From Seison nebaliae (lineage: Eukaryota): a stretch of 34,760 nucleotides of DNA. Both the position numbers and the translations under genes were made by a program. Shown in pieces: positions 12,804 to 25,283 of the stretch (within the stretch, counting starts at the first letter, position 1; the number at the start of each line of letters is the position of its first letter). The stretch is taken from NCBI GenBank assembly GCA_023231475.1, contig JALJEE010003057.1, positions 124,001 to 158,760 of the forward strand, in the 5' to 3' direction. The notes beneath the pieces are model-generated. The model was not told the origin of the DNA and did not search any database. It saw only the letters and a list, made by a program, of their open reading frames with translations.

Positions 12804-13157
12804 TATCTATTTCTTATCAAATTTATCAATTTTTGATTGTTAATAATATGACGCAAATTGCTTACACGAAACCAAATTTTTTATTTTTTTTTCCTTTAAT
12901 TTATTCATCAAACCATTTAAGCTAAATATTTCCCCAATTTTCCTTGTCAAAATTTCATATTTCTTCGATTCTAAAGTAAACCGTTCAGAAACCACAATAT
13001 TCAGGTCAATGCTTAATCGCTCATTAATTTTAATTTTAGATTATTTTTGTAACCAACTAACTTAATTACTTTACTTTACTAATTTTAAAATTGTATTTGA
13101 AAATATAATTTTAATTCAAAAAAAACGACTGCTATATGAATAAAATGATATTAAGTC

Positions 13158-16100
13158 TTAGTCTTTTCCGTCCGCATTTTTTCGATCTTCTTCGATTTTC
13201 TTCAAATTTTCGTAGCGCGCTTTAGCTTCTCTCAATGGTTGAATGATATTAATTTCAATTTGAGGAAATAACTGAAAAAGTTTTAAGTTGAATTTTTAAA
13301 TTAGAAGTGAGAAATAATTTAAAATAAACTTTTCCCAAAGTCTCAAACATTGGTAATAAAACAAATTGAATAAATCCAATTTGTGCGTCCGGTTTTGTCA
13401 CTTTATCCCGATCCATAAATGGTGCTACAGGTAAACCTAATTCTTTCTCGCGATCAGACTGATTAGCATTGTTAGAATTTGATTGAAGATATTTAGAAGA
13501 AAACTTGTTGAAAATATTCAGTTAGAAGACAATCCACCCACGGATCCGACACTTCCATTGGACGTACCTCGTTGCTGATATCGCAACATTTAATGAGAAT
13601 TAATTTCAACTGAACGGGAACAAGTGAGGAGGATAGTCGAAAGAAATCGAAACGTTCTGCAAATGTTTCTCATCCTTGAAATTGAATGTTTCATTTATGT
13701 TACCCATAAAACTGTCCAATAAAGTCTTATGTGCTGCCATATCGGTTGCCAGGATCAAATCGACCAATTGCTAAATGAGAAGAAAATGAATCGATATCGA
13801 ATAGATAATGAACTTTTCGCACATAATGAAAACTCTCGTTTGATAATGAGGAGAAAATGTTGCATTCAGGAATACTTAATATTTGGAAAGCAACAGCACA
13901 ATGATGATTCTCTAAAGGAGATTTATCATTATAACGAATTGCAAGTTCGGTACGAGCATTGATTTGGTAACTAAAAGAAAAGAAAAATTATAACAATATA
14001 GAATAAATATTAACGCGTTGTTAAATCCAGGATGATCGAGATCATGACATATTGCCGCAGTCAACAAAATAGCTTGATCCAAAGTTGAAAGAACATCGAT
14101 TAAACTATAAACATAAAATTTGAATAAAATGAAATTAAATTAAATGAAAAGTTGAAAATTTTTAACTTTAATTGATGAATCATTCCGTACATCATTTGAG
14201 CAACACAAAAACAATGTTGAAAATTATGAAATGGATTTAATCGATAATTCGTTTGAACACATAACTGAAAGGAGATTAGAAAGTTTAATTGAAATATTTT
14301 ATGATATAAATTATTGGAACCAAAAATTTTCTCAAAGTTATTGGAGATACGAGTAATTCATCAATAATCTTCAATTCCTGAAACATATGTTCCAATAAGG
14401 ACAACATCTGAAATTTAAAGGAAGAAATATTTTTAGTTTAATCAATCCTATAGTTTAGAACCTCGTTCGGTTCCCAATGCCAAATGTTGAATGTTGGTTG
14501 TTTTAAGTAGTCAATTGTCTCTTGAGTTAATTGATACTTATCATAAAGTGGCATGTCCTTCTTAAACAATTCCCATCTTCTTTTCGGATCTGTCTCACTG
14601 GAAATATAATGCAGGAAATGAATTAGATGAATGATAATGTGAATAGATGATAATGAGAATAATATGATATGAATGATGATAAAGTCAAACGTTTCACTTG
14701 ATCTTCTCGATCGGTCACTTCCAGTTTTTGGGAGTTGCATCGCATTGTTAGTTTGCATTACTTCTTTGAGTTTCTTCAATTCCGTTCGATGGTTCTCCAA
14801 TTCAACTAGTTTATTTGACTCACCTAAAGATGAGTGATAGAATTTTATTTATTTTTGATCGACAATTAGTGTTTGTCGATAAGGGAGAAAGAGAATCGTC
14901 TATCTAATCTTTTAGTTGCATCGTCCTTCGATGATAATACTGTGCACTTCCACCTTATTCAAATATTTATACATTTCTTCCCCCTTACAATTCCTCCTCC
15001 CAAATGCACATACGTATTAAGGAATGATTAAAATGATAATATAATAAAAATTATTTTGACACCTATCCTTGTTCGATCGGTCAGCATAAACTTCATATTG
15101 GCAGACGAACATTATTTTTCGACCAACATACGTCTTACATGGAGATAAGCAATAACAAGTCTATCTAATTCATGTTCCTTCCCGTCAATGACTGGAACAA
15201 AGTAACAGTTGTAGTTTACTTCTAATTGTAGGACGTGTAAATTCAATTAATACAAGGCTCCTCCTACTTATCATCAACCATTCCCAATTATCATCATCCC
15301 ACAATTCTTCATCATTTTATTTATTCGGTGTCTGTTTGTGGCGATAATTTGGAGAAGACTAACGGTCTAGACGTTTCTCCAATTTCCGTATTTTTTCTTC
15401 TAATTCAAATTTTATATCGTTCACTCGTAACACTCTGGTTGGAAGTTTTTCTTATTAATGAATTAGAAGGAAGAAGACGAAACTTTTCGAATTGTGCAGA
15501 TAAATGAAAGAAGACGCTCTGTAATTTTGATTCGATGGCAGCTATGAAATAGGAAGAATTATTTGAAAGTTTTAGAATGATTTGATTAATACAATAAAAA
15601 TGAACCTTGTTCGAATGCTTCGTTAAATATTTCCAAAGAATAAGGTTCTCTGCTAACGGAAGACATGAGATACAATGTCATTTAAATTGGAGGATGGTAA
15701 AAAATGAGATTTAGTGATCTATTTATATTGGACATAATAACTGATGATATCATCAGATGACGTCATTGGGTGGATGGAGAGCTCTTTAACAAAAATTGTG
15801 CATGAATAGCAAGATGAGAGTGATACATTCAATTCCTGCAATTCTTTAGAGTTACCAATTCCTTCACATCTTCTTCTTAACAATAATAATCGATTTTTCT
15901 TCAGGGGAAATTTTTCAGGAAAGGTAATTGGAAAAAGTTCTTTTTATCAAAATTGGAATATATTCGAAGAAACGAGAGGAAATATTCGATAAGCGAACGT
16001 AGTTGAAAAGGAAATTTAAAAACACAATAAAACCGAAATTGAAGGAGGTAGAAGGAGAATGGAAGAAGAAGAAGAATAACATTCGATGAATTGATATTAT

Positions 16101-17907
16101 TGGGAAAGAATTAATAGATATAAGAATATATTCGACTTCGAAAAAGAATTAGTGCATTGTCACCATTTTCCACTGACGAAGAATGTCCGTTTAATTTTAT
16201 TTCTTTCTAAGATTGTTCGATGTAGTTGTTACTCATTAAAATATGACGAAAAAATTGTTTGGAAATTGTCATTAGCAAATAGTCGAATGAAAGACGAAAC
16301 GAACGAAAACGATTATCTTAATGAGCATAATGATTATTTATCATTTTTTTTTTCGCGACAAAGAATTTTCGGAGAAATTATAAGAATAATTGAATGATAA
16401 AAATATATGAAAACAAAATCTTCCGATACAATCAAGAAACTGTATAATTAAAAAAGTACAGGAAAAGGAAATTGAAAAAGAACGGGAAGAATTGTAATAA
16501 CACATCAGAATGTTGTGAGGAAGATCTATAATAAAAATGTTGGAATGACAAAATAGAGAGGGGAACGAAAGGAACTAAAAGAAATTAAAAGATGATTATA
16601 GAAAAGAACTAACGATGAATTGTTTTTAGGTAATGTGGGTGAGATGCTTACGATGCCATTGTGCGGATCTTTCAAGATAAAATCAGTAGTCCTGTCAACG
16701 ATTCAAATAACAGATTAATAAAGTAGAATGCTTTCGTATTCGCATCGTTAGAATGGAAGAAAATCAGGTAGCTATCCATTCAGATCTAAAGAAGAGATGT
16801 CTAATTCGACTCTCTTGAATTATTCAATAAACTTTCCAGATGAATAATTTACGTAATGGACGAGAAGCGAAGAGTTGAAAGAGATTTGTGCTGATACATA
16901 TTCTCCTTATCATTCGAACATGTTACAACGACATTAATAGATGAATTCGAGCAATCGGAATGTTCTGAAAAGACATTCTCAAACCGTCTTTCACAAATGG
17001 TTGCAAATGAAAACGAAGACAATTACACCAGCGAGCGAAGAAATATGATAGGAGATATTTTTTTATTCGAATTCGTTTCTTAATAATATTAAAATAAACG
17101 ATAAGAGAAATATTTATTAATAAGGAGAATGAAATTGAATGGATAAATATCCCAAAAAAAATGAAAGTGATAGGCGACTGATATTCTAAGGATATGACAT
17201 ATTTATATATATATATATATATATTCATCCGTTCTTCGATGGAGATGCTGTACAAATGCAATTTCCCATCCATAATATATCGATGAATTAAATGGTGATG
17301 CATATTGTCTTTAATAAAATCTATATCTATACATATCTATCAGACGATAAAGGAATGAGGACAGTAATAATATGAACATAATAAATATTGAATGAAGATT
17401 AGAATTGATATTTATTTCGCATATACTTCATTCATGGACATACTAATTTGTGCATATGAAGCATTTAATAATAGTCTGTTTGATGTGTAGGAATAATCGT
17501 GAGAAATAAAAATGGAAAATTATTAGACAAATACGAACTTTGGTACACCGACAGCCTTGAGTAATAGTTGACGAAAATCTTCTGTTGAACAAGTACCACT
17601 AAAAATGACCTAAAAAAATTAGAAGACAACATGCAGTCAATAATTAATTTTCCGCATCGAATCCTTCGGATACTCGTCGAAAATGGAATAATGATTCAAT
17701 GGCATAATAATAATAATAATAATAAGTTTTATTGCTAATAAGAAGATTGGATGCTTCTTTCATTTATATGTTCCTTTCTATTCTGTTCGAACAATGCCCG
17801 CCTCCTCCTCATCCAAACTTAGCAAGCAGTTAACTAACTTTGACATTGTTTGATTTATGTTTGATGAAGATTTCCTTTTTCTGTTCTGCCGCAATTCCGT
17901 TGCCCAT
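13158..17907 (-). CDS. PDE9A: cGMP-specific 3',5'-cyclic phosphodiesterase 9; 16 exons
   Basis: The spliced product contains [72 protein letters not shown] and [30 protein letters not shown]. The N-terminal exons (MGNG..., [12 protein letters not shown]..., [11 protein letters not shown]..., KLEKRLD...) follow the PDE9 N-terminus. The ORF track misses most of this gene. Confidence 0.93.
17204..17224. repeat. (TA)n microsatellite in PDE9 intron 2
   Basis: Read directly. Confidence 0.85.
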
Positions 17908-18211
17908 TTCTACTCGAAGACTCAATTATATTCCTTATTCGTTAATATCGTATCCTAACTGTTATGATAGTAGTGTACGACTACTATTGGTCTGAGAATG
18001 AATCTGCTTCCAAAATTTTTCAGATTATCTCACTCCGTCAAATATGGAAATAACAAGTAATTACTGATATTACTGGACCGTCTATCTACTTTCCTCCCAT
18101 ACGATAATAAGAAAACAAATTTATTTTGAATTATCTCTTAGTCAAGATCAAAATCTTCCTCATAGTTACAAGAAACTACTAATGTAGGAAAAAGAAAAAC
18201 TACAGATATAT

Positions 18212-18232
18212 CAACAACAACAACAACAACAA
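18212..18232. repeat. (CAA)7 microsatellite
   Basis: Read directly, in the PDE9/WDR60 intergenic region. Confidence 0.85.
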
Positions 18233-19827
18233 CATTCGGTTATGTTCAGTTTAATGCAGAAAATGAACATAATCATAATGTCTATTATTATAATAAGGGA
18301 AATACCTGACCGAATCTTTTAATATCTTCATCTTTTTATACAAATTCTCCTTCTTGTCAAGTGTAGAACTAAGAACTATCATTAAGTAAATCTTTTAACC
18401 CATTATACCTTTCTTCATCAATTCAAGCGCAAGCTAATTCCTTATATCATTAATATGTAGTAAATGTCACGCTGAGAAAAAATTTTCTCTGCTATTCTTT
18501 AGCGAAATAATTGATTGTAATTCTCAGAAAACAGGAAGATGTACAGCAATTTAATCCTTCATACTTTCCAACCAAACATCAACCGAATCATGATGTCATG
18601 CCATTTAGACCATTTTTCTATTAAATTTTTTATATAATTCCTATTTTGTATTACCATGATGATGAATAAGACGATGAATCAATGACGTTAAGATCTTAAT
18701 ATTATTAACAGTATTTTTCATCTGATTATAAGATAGGTGAAATAAATGATATCAAATTTTCATATATTAATAGATTAAGGCAAAATAATCCATATATATT
18801 TAAAGCCCGATGGCTTTAGTCCATCGTTAGTCAATCGTAGAATAAGATCAGAAGATAAAACAAAATCTCTATACATTTTCGTTAAAGACGATCAATAATT
18901 TTCACCTCAACAAACAAATTGTTTCAGATAGAAGAAAGTTAAATGTGAAATATAAAATCTTATTTCACTTAATGGATAAAAGTATTCTTTGGCGGATGGT
19001 TACATATTCTTGAAAAATATCCCATATGGCAAGGCGAATGGGCATAAAAATTGATGAATTATTGCACTAAAACCCAAAAAATTGTTTTTCATCGAACTTG
19101 GTAATTTATGTTCAACCTAACAAGGAAAGTATCCGATAGACAGGGAACGAAATTATAAATAAAAATAATTCGGTAAGTTTTAGTAATAGTTTGGTTAAAT
19201 GCCATTAAAGTTTTTCTTCTTTCAAAACACTTCAAAACCTCAAATTTTAAAAACTTCTTCAAAAAACTTTATTCAAAAATTTGTTAGCACTTTGTAGAAA
19301 TATCTTATACTTTTTTTTTGTAATTTCTCATTGAAACTTTTTGAAGTCGTTCAAGTCGATAGTACGGATCAGTATTTATTAATGTTAAAACATCTGACAA
19401 ATTTGATATGCTAACATTTGCTAAAAATGAACAGAAGTAAAATTTTAATCTGTAACTAACTGACTAGCAAAGGAAATTAAAGAAAGAACAAGGAGAAAGC
19501 CGAAAAAGACAAAATGTACTTGCCGAAAGAAAAAAAGGCAAAAAATGAACAAAAAATGAACAGTCAAACCAAAATAACGATAAATAACGATTGTGTTTGT
19601 TAAAAAATAAATGAAGTACGATGTAAAGTGAGATAAATTTCAAAAAGATGTTACTCACATTATCTTCGAGACAATTTGCAACTTTAAAGTCCGAAATAAG
19701 TATTTGAAAGATATTAATCTTTCTTTGAGTTCCTTCTTCGATTTTATTCCCAAAGGAAGCTAAGCATTTATAAATTGATATGCAAATTCTTCATTTAAAT
19801 GAAGAATCAGATTTAGGAAATATGTCA

Positions 19828-19841
19828 ATTGTCATGACGAC
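19828..19841 (+). promoter_or_regulatory. Candidate RFX X-box upstream of the ciliary gene WDR60
   Basis: ATTGTCATGACGAC matches RYYNYYWWRRNRAC at all 14 positions and ends about 60 nt before the ATG at 19901. Confidence 0.65.
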
Positions 19842-19900
19842 AAACTTCGCATATTTCATTTTAACCTTGAATTCTTGGAAATTCTTCTATTATATCTATT

Positions 19901-22900
19901 ATGGACGATAATTTATCAAAAAAATCAAAGAAAACCAAAAAAGTTTTACTCCCAATTTAATATTATTAAATCCGATGTTGAATTATAGACAAAAGATCAT
20001 CATGATGAGGCAGAAAAGATATCAAAGAAGAGTAAAAAAGATGTTCGGAATTTCAATTTTTAACTATTTCCTATTATTGTAGAAGAAAATATTGGACTAT
20101 GACGATGAAGAAAAAGTATCTATAAAGAAGAAGAAGAAGAAAGAAGATCATGATCATAATGAAGAGATCGTAAAGAAGAAGAAGAAAAAGAAAGATAAGG
20201 ATAAAGATAAAGACGAAGATAATGTAGATGAGGAAAAATCTCATAAGAAGAAGAAGAAGAAAGATAGAACTATTGAATCAACAACAATTGCTACAGTCGA
20301 TGAAGCTGGTGAGAAGAAAAAGAAGAAAAAGAAGAAAGTCCATGATGATGATGAAACGGATCATTCTCGTGCATCTTCAGCTGTTTCCAAAAAATCTAAA
20401 GCGAAATCAGCAAAACATACAAAAAAAGAAGATATCGTACTTGTGGAACATGAAGCTCAAATCGAACATACTGGTTATTCCAGTGAAGAATTTGTTACAT
20501 TATATTCCTTAGAGAAAATTTTTTAAATATTTCCAATCAAAAACCATTTAGGAACCGATACCAGAAGAGATACGTGAATTTGATGAAGTTATTTAAAAAA
20601 TTTCTAATTTAATAATTTGTGTTGTTCTATTTCTATATTTTATTTCGTTAGTCAACTCTTAGTGATTTGACTGTGTCGGAAGATGATGATGATCAACCGA
20701 AAAGAGCAGTAATAACAGCACCAATGATCAGGAATGATATTAGAAAACCGAAAACTGCTAAACCAATTAAAGAAGAACCGAAACAACATGAAAAGAAAAA
20801 TACATATCGATCGAAACCGGATAAAACTTTATTTTTCGAAAGTACTGGATTCGCCAATGCTCAACCGTATGAAGTGAAAAGTGAAATAAAACGACGCTAT
20901 GTCGATTTGTTAGATAAAGGAATCGATTTCGAATTATCGACCAAAGTGAATATTATCAACATTCACGAATCTCAAGATTATGATTCAATAATGAAAAATC
21001 ATGGTTTAGGAGAAACCATACGGAATGTTACACTTTCGATTAATTGAAAATAAACAATGTTCAATTGTCCAGGCATCTATCCAAACTGAATCTCACGAAC
21101 AGACGACACAAACCGACGAAATTGAAACGAGAAATATTTGGGTCCAATTACAATCGTCAGCAAATCAAAAAGATTTCGGATGTTTTCATTTTAAAAATTA
21201 AATTAATAAATTAAAATTAAATTTGTTTCAGTTGAAGGGGAAGATGAGAAGGAGAATGTATTCGAAGCATTAGATCCCACTAAATTGAACAATTTCTTGA
21301 AAAAGTCTTTAGATTTAGTCCAACAAATTTTGGACGAAGAACATATGGAGAAAGAACTGCAGAAAGGTAACCATACGTCAAAAGAGTACAATTTATCAAA
21401 AGATTATTTGAATCATAAAATTATTTTATTTGAAATTCTCGACGATAATCCAACAGAAATATTGATGTTGGCAGAAAATGAGAATGATCAAGTGATGTTG
21501 ATTTGGAGTATGTATAACATGTCTGAACCGACCAAGTTCTCATTTTCTTTTCTTTTTTTCTTTTATTTTCAATTTGAAGTATCCTCTCTTGTGGATATCG
21601 AGGTAATACCTGCAATTGTATCACATCTGCAGTGGGACAACATTCTCAACTGATTTTCGGAGGATTCGTTAGCATTTCATTATTTTGTGTTATTGTTTAA
21701 AGTTGTTAGGAGGATGGAAGTATATCCATGTGGAATTTTAAAGATTCTGTAATAAATTTAAAAAATAGAAAATTTCGACCACCATCATATCAGACAGGTT
21801 AAATCATTCTTAATTTTTTAAATCATTTTTATCATTTCTATAAATTTTTTTATTCTAAACATTTATAGCATTCGTTACCAGTGAAGAAAATACTGAAGCG
21901 ATAATGATAATGGAATGTGTATTAAAAAGTGGAACATCAATAGCTCAAGCACAACATGAATTGATTGCCGTTGATTTTGGAGCAACCATTCATATTTGGG
22001 TTTGTCAAATTTTTCCATTTCCCAATTTACAAACATAGTTTTGGTAGAGTATTGTGGATGTGAAAGGAAATTTAAAAAGTGGTTCTATGAATGATTTGGG
22101 AATATTTCCTGGTTCCACTTTACGACTTGTTCCAACCATCAAATATCCATTAAGACATCAAATCCAGTTAGCTGGTTATATATCATTATACTAATTGAAG
22201 AATTGTAGATCTCCATATAAGGAATTTCAAGCTTTCTCTATTACTCATCCTTGTGGTAGTGATCGACATATTTATATTAGTAGCGATCAGGGATGTATCT
22301 ATCACATTGATCGAAATGGCACGGATGAATTCCCACAAATTTATGAAATAAATGATAACAGTTTAACTTTCTTTAACAATTTAACAAATTTGATCGTTAT
22401 TTTCAATAGAGAGTTTTCTTGAGATTACATCAATAAAGTTCAATCCACATATTGACCGATTATTTGTGGTTGGTTGTCGAAATGGAAATTTATATTTATT
22501 CTCAACACTCAAAAGTTTCTCTTATTCACATATTGGATGAAGTTGAAATGTTTTTCGATTGAAGGGAATCCAATTGCGACAATTTTCCAAAAGACGACAG
22601 AAAGTATCGATGAATTGATGTGGGATAATGTTGAATGTGGAACACTTTATGCAATGACATCCAATGGTCGTCTATTAAGTTGGAGAATGAACGAAAAAGA
22701 AGGAATCATTCTAATCAATGAATCGATAATCGATTGTGAATTGGCGTTAGAATTTGAGATAATTCATAAAAAAAATTTTATTTGCTTAATAGGAAAATGA
22801 AGAAGAATTTAATAGTGGTTATTGAGAGTTCGAATAAAATCAGATTGAATCGATATTGTGCAAAGACGAATATTTCACAGAAAGATTTTGAAACTTTTAT

Positions 22901-22925
22901 AAAAGATTTGGAATTCTTGATTTGA
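19901..22925 (+). CDS. DYNC2I1: Cytoplasmic dynein-2 intermediate chain 1 (WDR60), divergent; 15 exons
   Basis: Lys/Asp-rich N-terminus, then YDSIMKNHG...ASIQTESHEQTTQTDEIETRNIWVQ (light-chain-binding TQT region), KLNNFLKKSLDLVQQILDEE, GGFEDGSISMW, RPPSYQT, DLGIFPGSTLRLV and degenerate WD repeats. Fourteen short introns keep the frame. Confidence 0.82.
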
Positions 22926-22977
22926 TTATGAATAAAAAATTGAATTTAATGATTGAATGTATGAGAATGCTAACATA

Positions 22978-23163
22978 TTATGCATATGAGACTGAGTCGG
23001 CTCTTGTACAGATGAGATAGAGAGCAAATAGGAATCCAGGAATCCATCCGATTAGCGTCAATAAGATACTCACTGCTACATAAATATTACATTCATCCAT
23101 TAAAATATAGACTGCCAATGGCGGGAGAAGAAATGCAAGAATGAAGAGTATCAATTTGTTCAT
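22978..23163 (-). CDS. Pmp3/UPF0057 family small proteolipid membrane protein (61 aa)
   Basis: Two hydrophobic helices with the family motifs ILAFLLPPLAVY and ILLTLIGWIPGFLFALY. Confidence 0.92.
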   Translation of the reverse strand: MNKLILFILAFLLPPLAVYILMDECNIYVAVSILLTLIGWIPGFLFALYLICTRADSVSYA

Positions 23164-23289
23164 GTTGTCGTTTATCTGAAGATTTCTAAGGATAAAAGAT
23201 AATTAAAATGATTTTGAAAATAAATATTTTTTCTTTATGTTCGATTTGATCAATCATCGCATATTTGTGAAACGACAAAATCGACGGAA

Positions 23290-23326
23290 TGACGTCAGAA
23301 TTTATCTGAATAGTTGTGAGTCACAA
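23290..23326. promoter_or_regulatory. Adjacent CRE (TGACGTCA) and AP-1 (TGAGTCA) motifs upstream of the Pmp3-family gene
   Basis: TGACGTCA at 23290-23297. TGAGTCA at 23317-23323 sits inside the palindrome TTGTGA-G-TCACAA. Both are 125-165 nt upstream of the ATG. Motif match only. Confidence 0.35.
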
Positions 23327-23426
23327 ACATTCGTCTTCTTACTAATCAATAAATGATGATTGAGAAATTATGATTATTTTAGAAAATTATGAAGGTTCTC
23401 TCTTTTCCTTCTTCTATAGAAAGTTC

Positions 23427-23461
23427 AATTTAATTTAATTTAATTTAATTTAATTTAATTT
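23427..23461. repeat. (AATTT)7 microsatellite
   Basis: Seven perfect tandem copies, read directly. Confidence 0.9.
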
Positions 23462-25283
23462 AATGATTTCCAATATCATTTTTCTAATTACTCTATTCTC
23501 AAATTCGATGGTGTCCCAATATATATATATATATCTACTCGAGAAATTTTTTAATACATATTTCTCTTATAAATTTAATTTATAAAAAATTACGTTCTCT
23601 TACCAAAACAATCAGTCATTCACATTATGTGACACATTGTTATTGAATGTGGCACATTGATAAGAAATTCAAAATAATATTCATTTGAATAACAGAGAAG
23701 AGAGAGTCGACAGTTGTAGATAATTGATAACTGATGGTAGTTTGAATGAATTTCATCAACAGGAAATTCTCCTCATAAAATTTCTACAGAGAATTCTCTC
23801 TGAAGTTTTCTGTCTTTCAATTTAACGATGTGAAAACATATGGAAGAACTTGTAAATGATGTTAATGATGTACTGGATGATGATAGTAGTAGGTGTGGGG
23901 ATGGTTAATTTGTGGTGAAACCGAACGCCAGTTGGTGTGATTAATATCTGAGATTAATCCACATCTCTCACCATAACAATGGAAATGGATGATGAGGGAG
24001 ATGGAAAGGAATTATCAATTCGTTTGAATATAATATGTGAGAAAGAAGTTTATTTTCGTTCGAACCTTCTCTTCACCTTTCCCGTCTGAAAATCGTTCTA
24101 GTCATAGAACGAAAATGGAAATTTGATGAAGAAAAGGAAATTTTACGAATTCTCCTATCAATAATACAAAATAAGAAAATTAACGATAGAATCTAAAAAT
24201 ATTGTTTGATGGACAACGATAAAGAGATGAGAGTGATGATTAATTTTCTATCGATGAATTTTTCGTATAAATTCTTTTTATTTCATGAGAGATGGAGAGG
24301 TGAAAGAATGGTGAATAGAAAAGAATACATGGATCATGTTTATGTGATGTGGTAATCGATTGGGAAGAAATTATTTCTAAAAAATTAGTCATGAGAGAAT
24401 GGTGGAGTTGTGTCATCCACATCGATAGTTTATCAAGAAATGAGTAAAAAAAGATAAAGTTACTAGAAAAATTGTCAAAGAATTACTGGAAAATTGTGAG
24501 CGATGAAATAATTTTCTTTGATTCTTTTCCTTTAAAAATGGAATAATAAGAATAGATGATTGACGCTAACTGTGAATGAGATAAAAAAAACAACAACAAC
24601 AACAACATCCTGTGTAATTAATTCGAAGGAATGAGTGAGTTGAATTGAAGGAAAAAAGAACTACGAATGTTAACGATTATATTTGAAGAATATAAAAAAA
24701 AAATGGGAAGTATTCATTTAGAAAAAAGGAAATTATTTGTTCAATCGAAATTGTGATTGAGAAGAAGAAAAAATTGGAAATCATCTTCCATTCGTGATAG
24801 AAGAAATCAGGTGAGAATAATGTCAATTTGTTTGATGGATGATTATGAAAAGAATACAAGGAGAATATATAATGTGCGGGGCAAACAACTTCTTCCTAAG
24901 AATAAATGGTATTAAATTGAAATTATTCTTATTCTCATTTTAAACAACATATCGATCATTTTCGATTGATATGGGGTGGGAATGGATAAGAAAATTCAAA
25001 AGATGCAAATCGAAGTAAGATGAGCGATTAAGTCAGTTTTACATGACGTAATGAAAATATTGAAGTAGTTATGATAAATCGATTGTTGGAAATGAAATTT
25101 TTGAGAAAATGAATTTGAAAATGATGAGGGAAAGGAACGGAATATTTAGATTGTGTCTCGTGAATGAAACGAGTTATTGAAATTGTTCGTTGATGTCGAT
25201 GATCAGAAAAATTGCTAGAAAGAATTCATTGCACTAGAAATGTTAATTGTTGATCGAACCGATTTTCAAATTTGTTAAAAGTT

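Noticed and set aside
16152..17303. ORFs inside PDE9 introns 2 and 3
   Set aside because: Low-complexity Ile/Phe/Tyr-rich translations typical of AT-rich non-coding DNA. One of them spans a TA microsatellite.
18801..18826. Two overlapping, mutually exclusive small hairpins (TAAAGCC/GGCTTTA and CGATGG/CCATCG)
   Set aside because: Stems of 6-7 bp are within chance expectation, and there is no RNA-family or transposon context.
23330..25283. 2-kb gene-free stretch downstream of the GW182-like gene, checked for missing RRM exons
   Set aside because: No credible coding exon was found. It is most simply a long 3' UTR plus the Pmp3 promoter.
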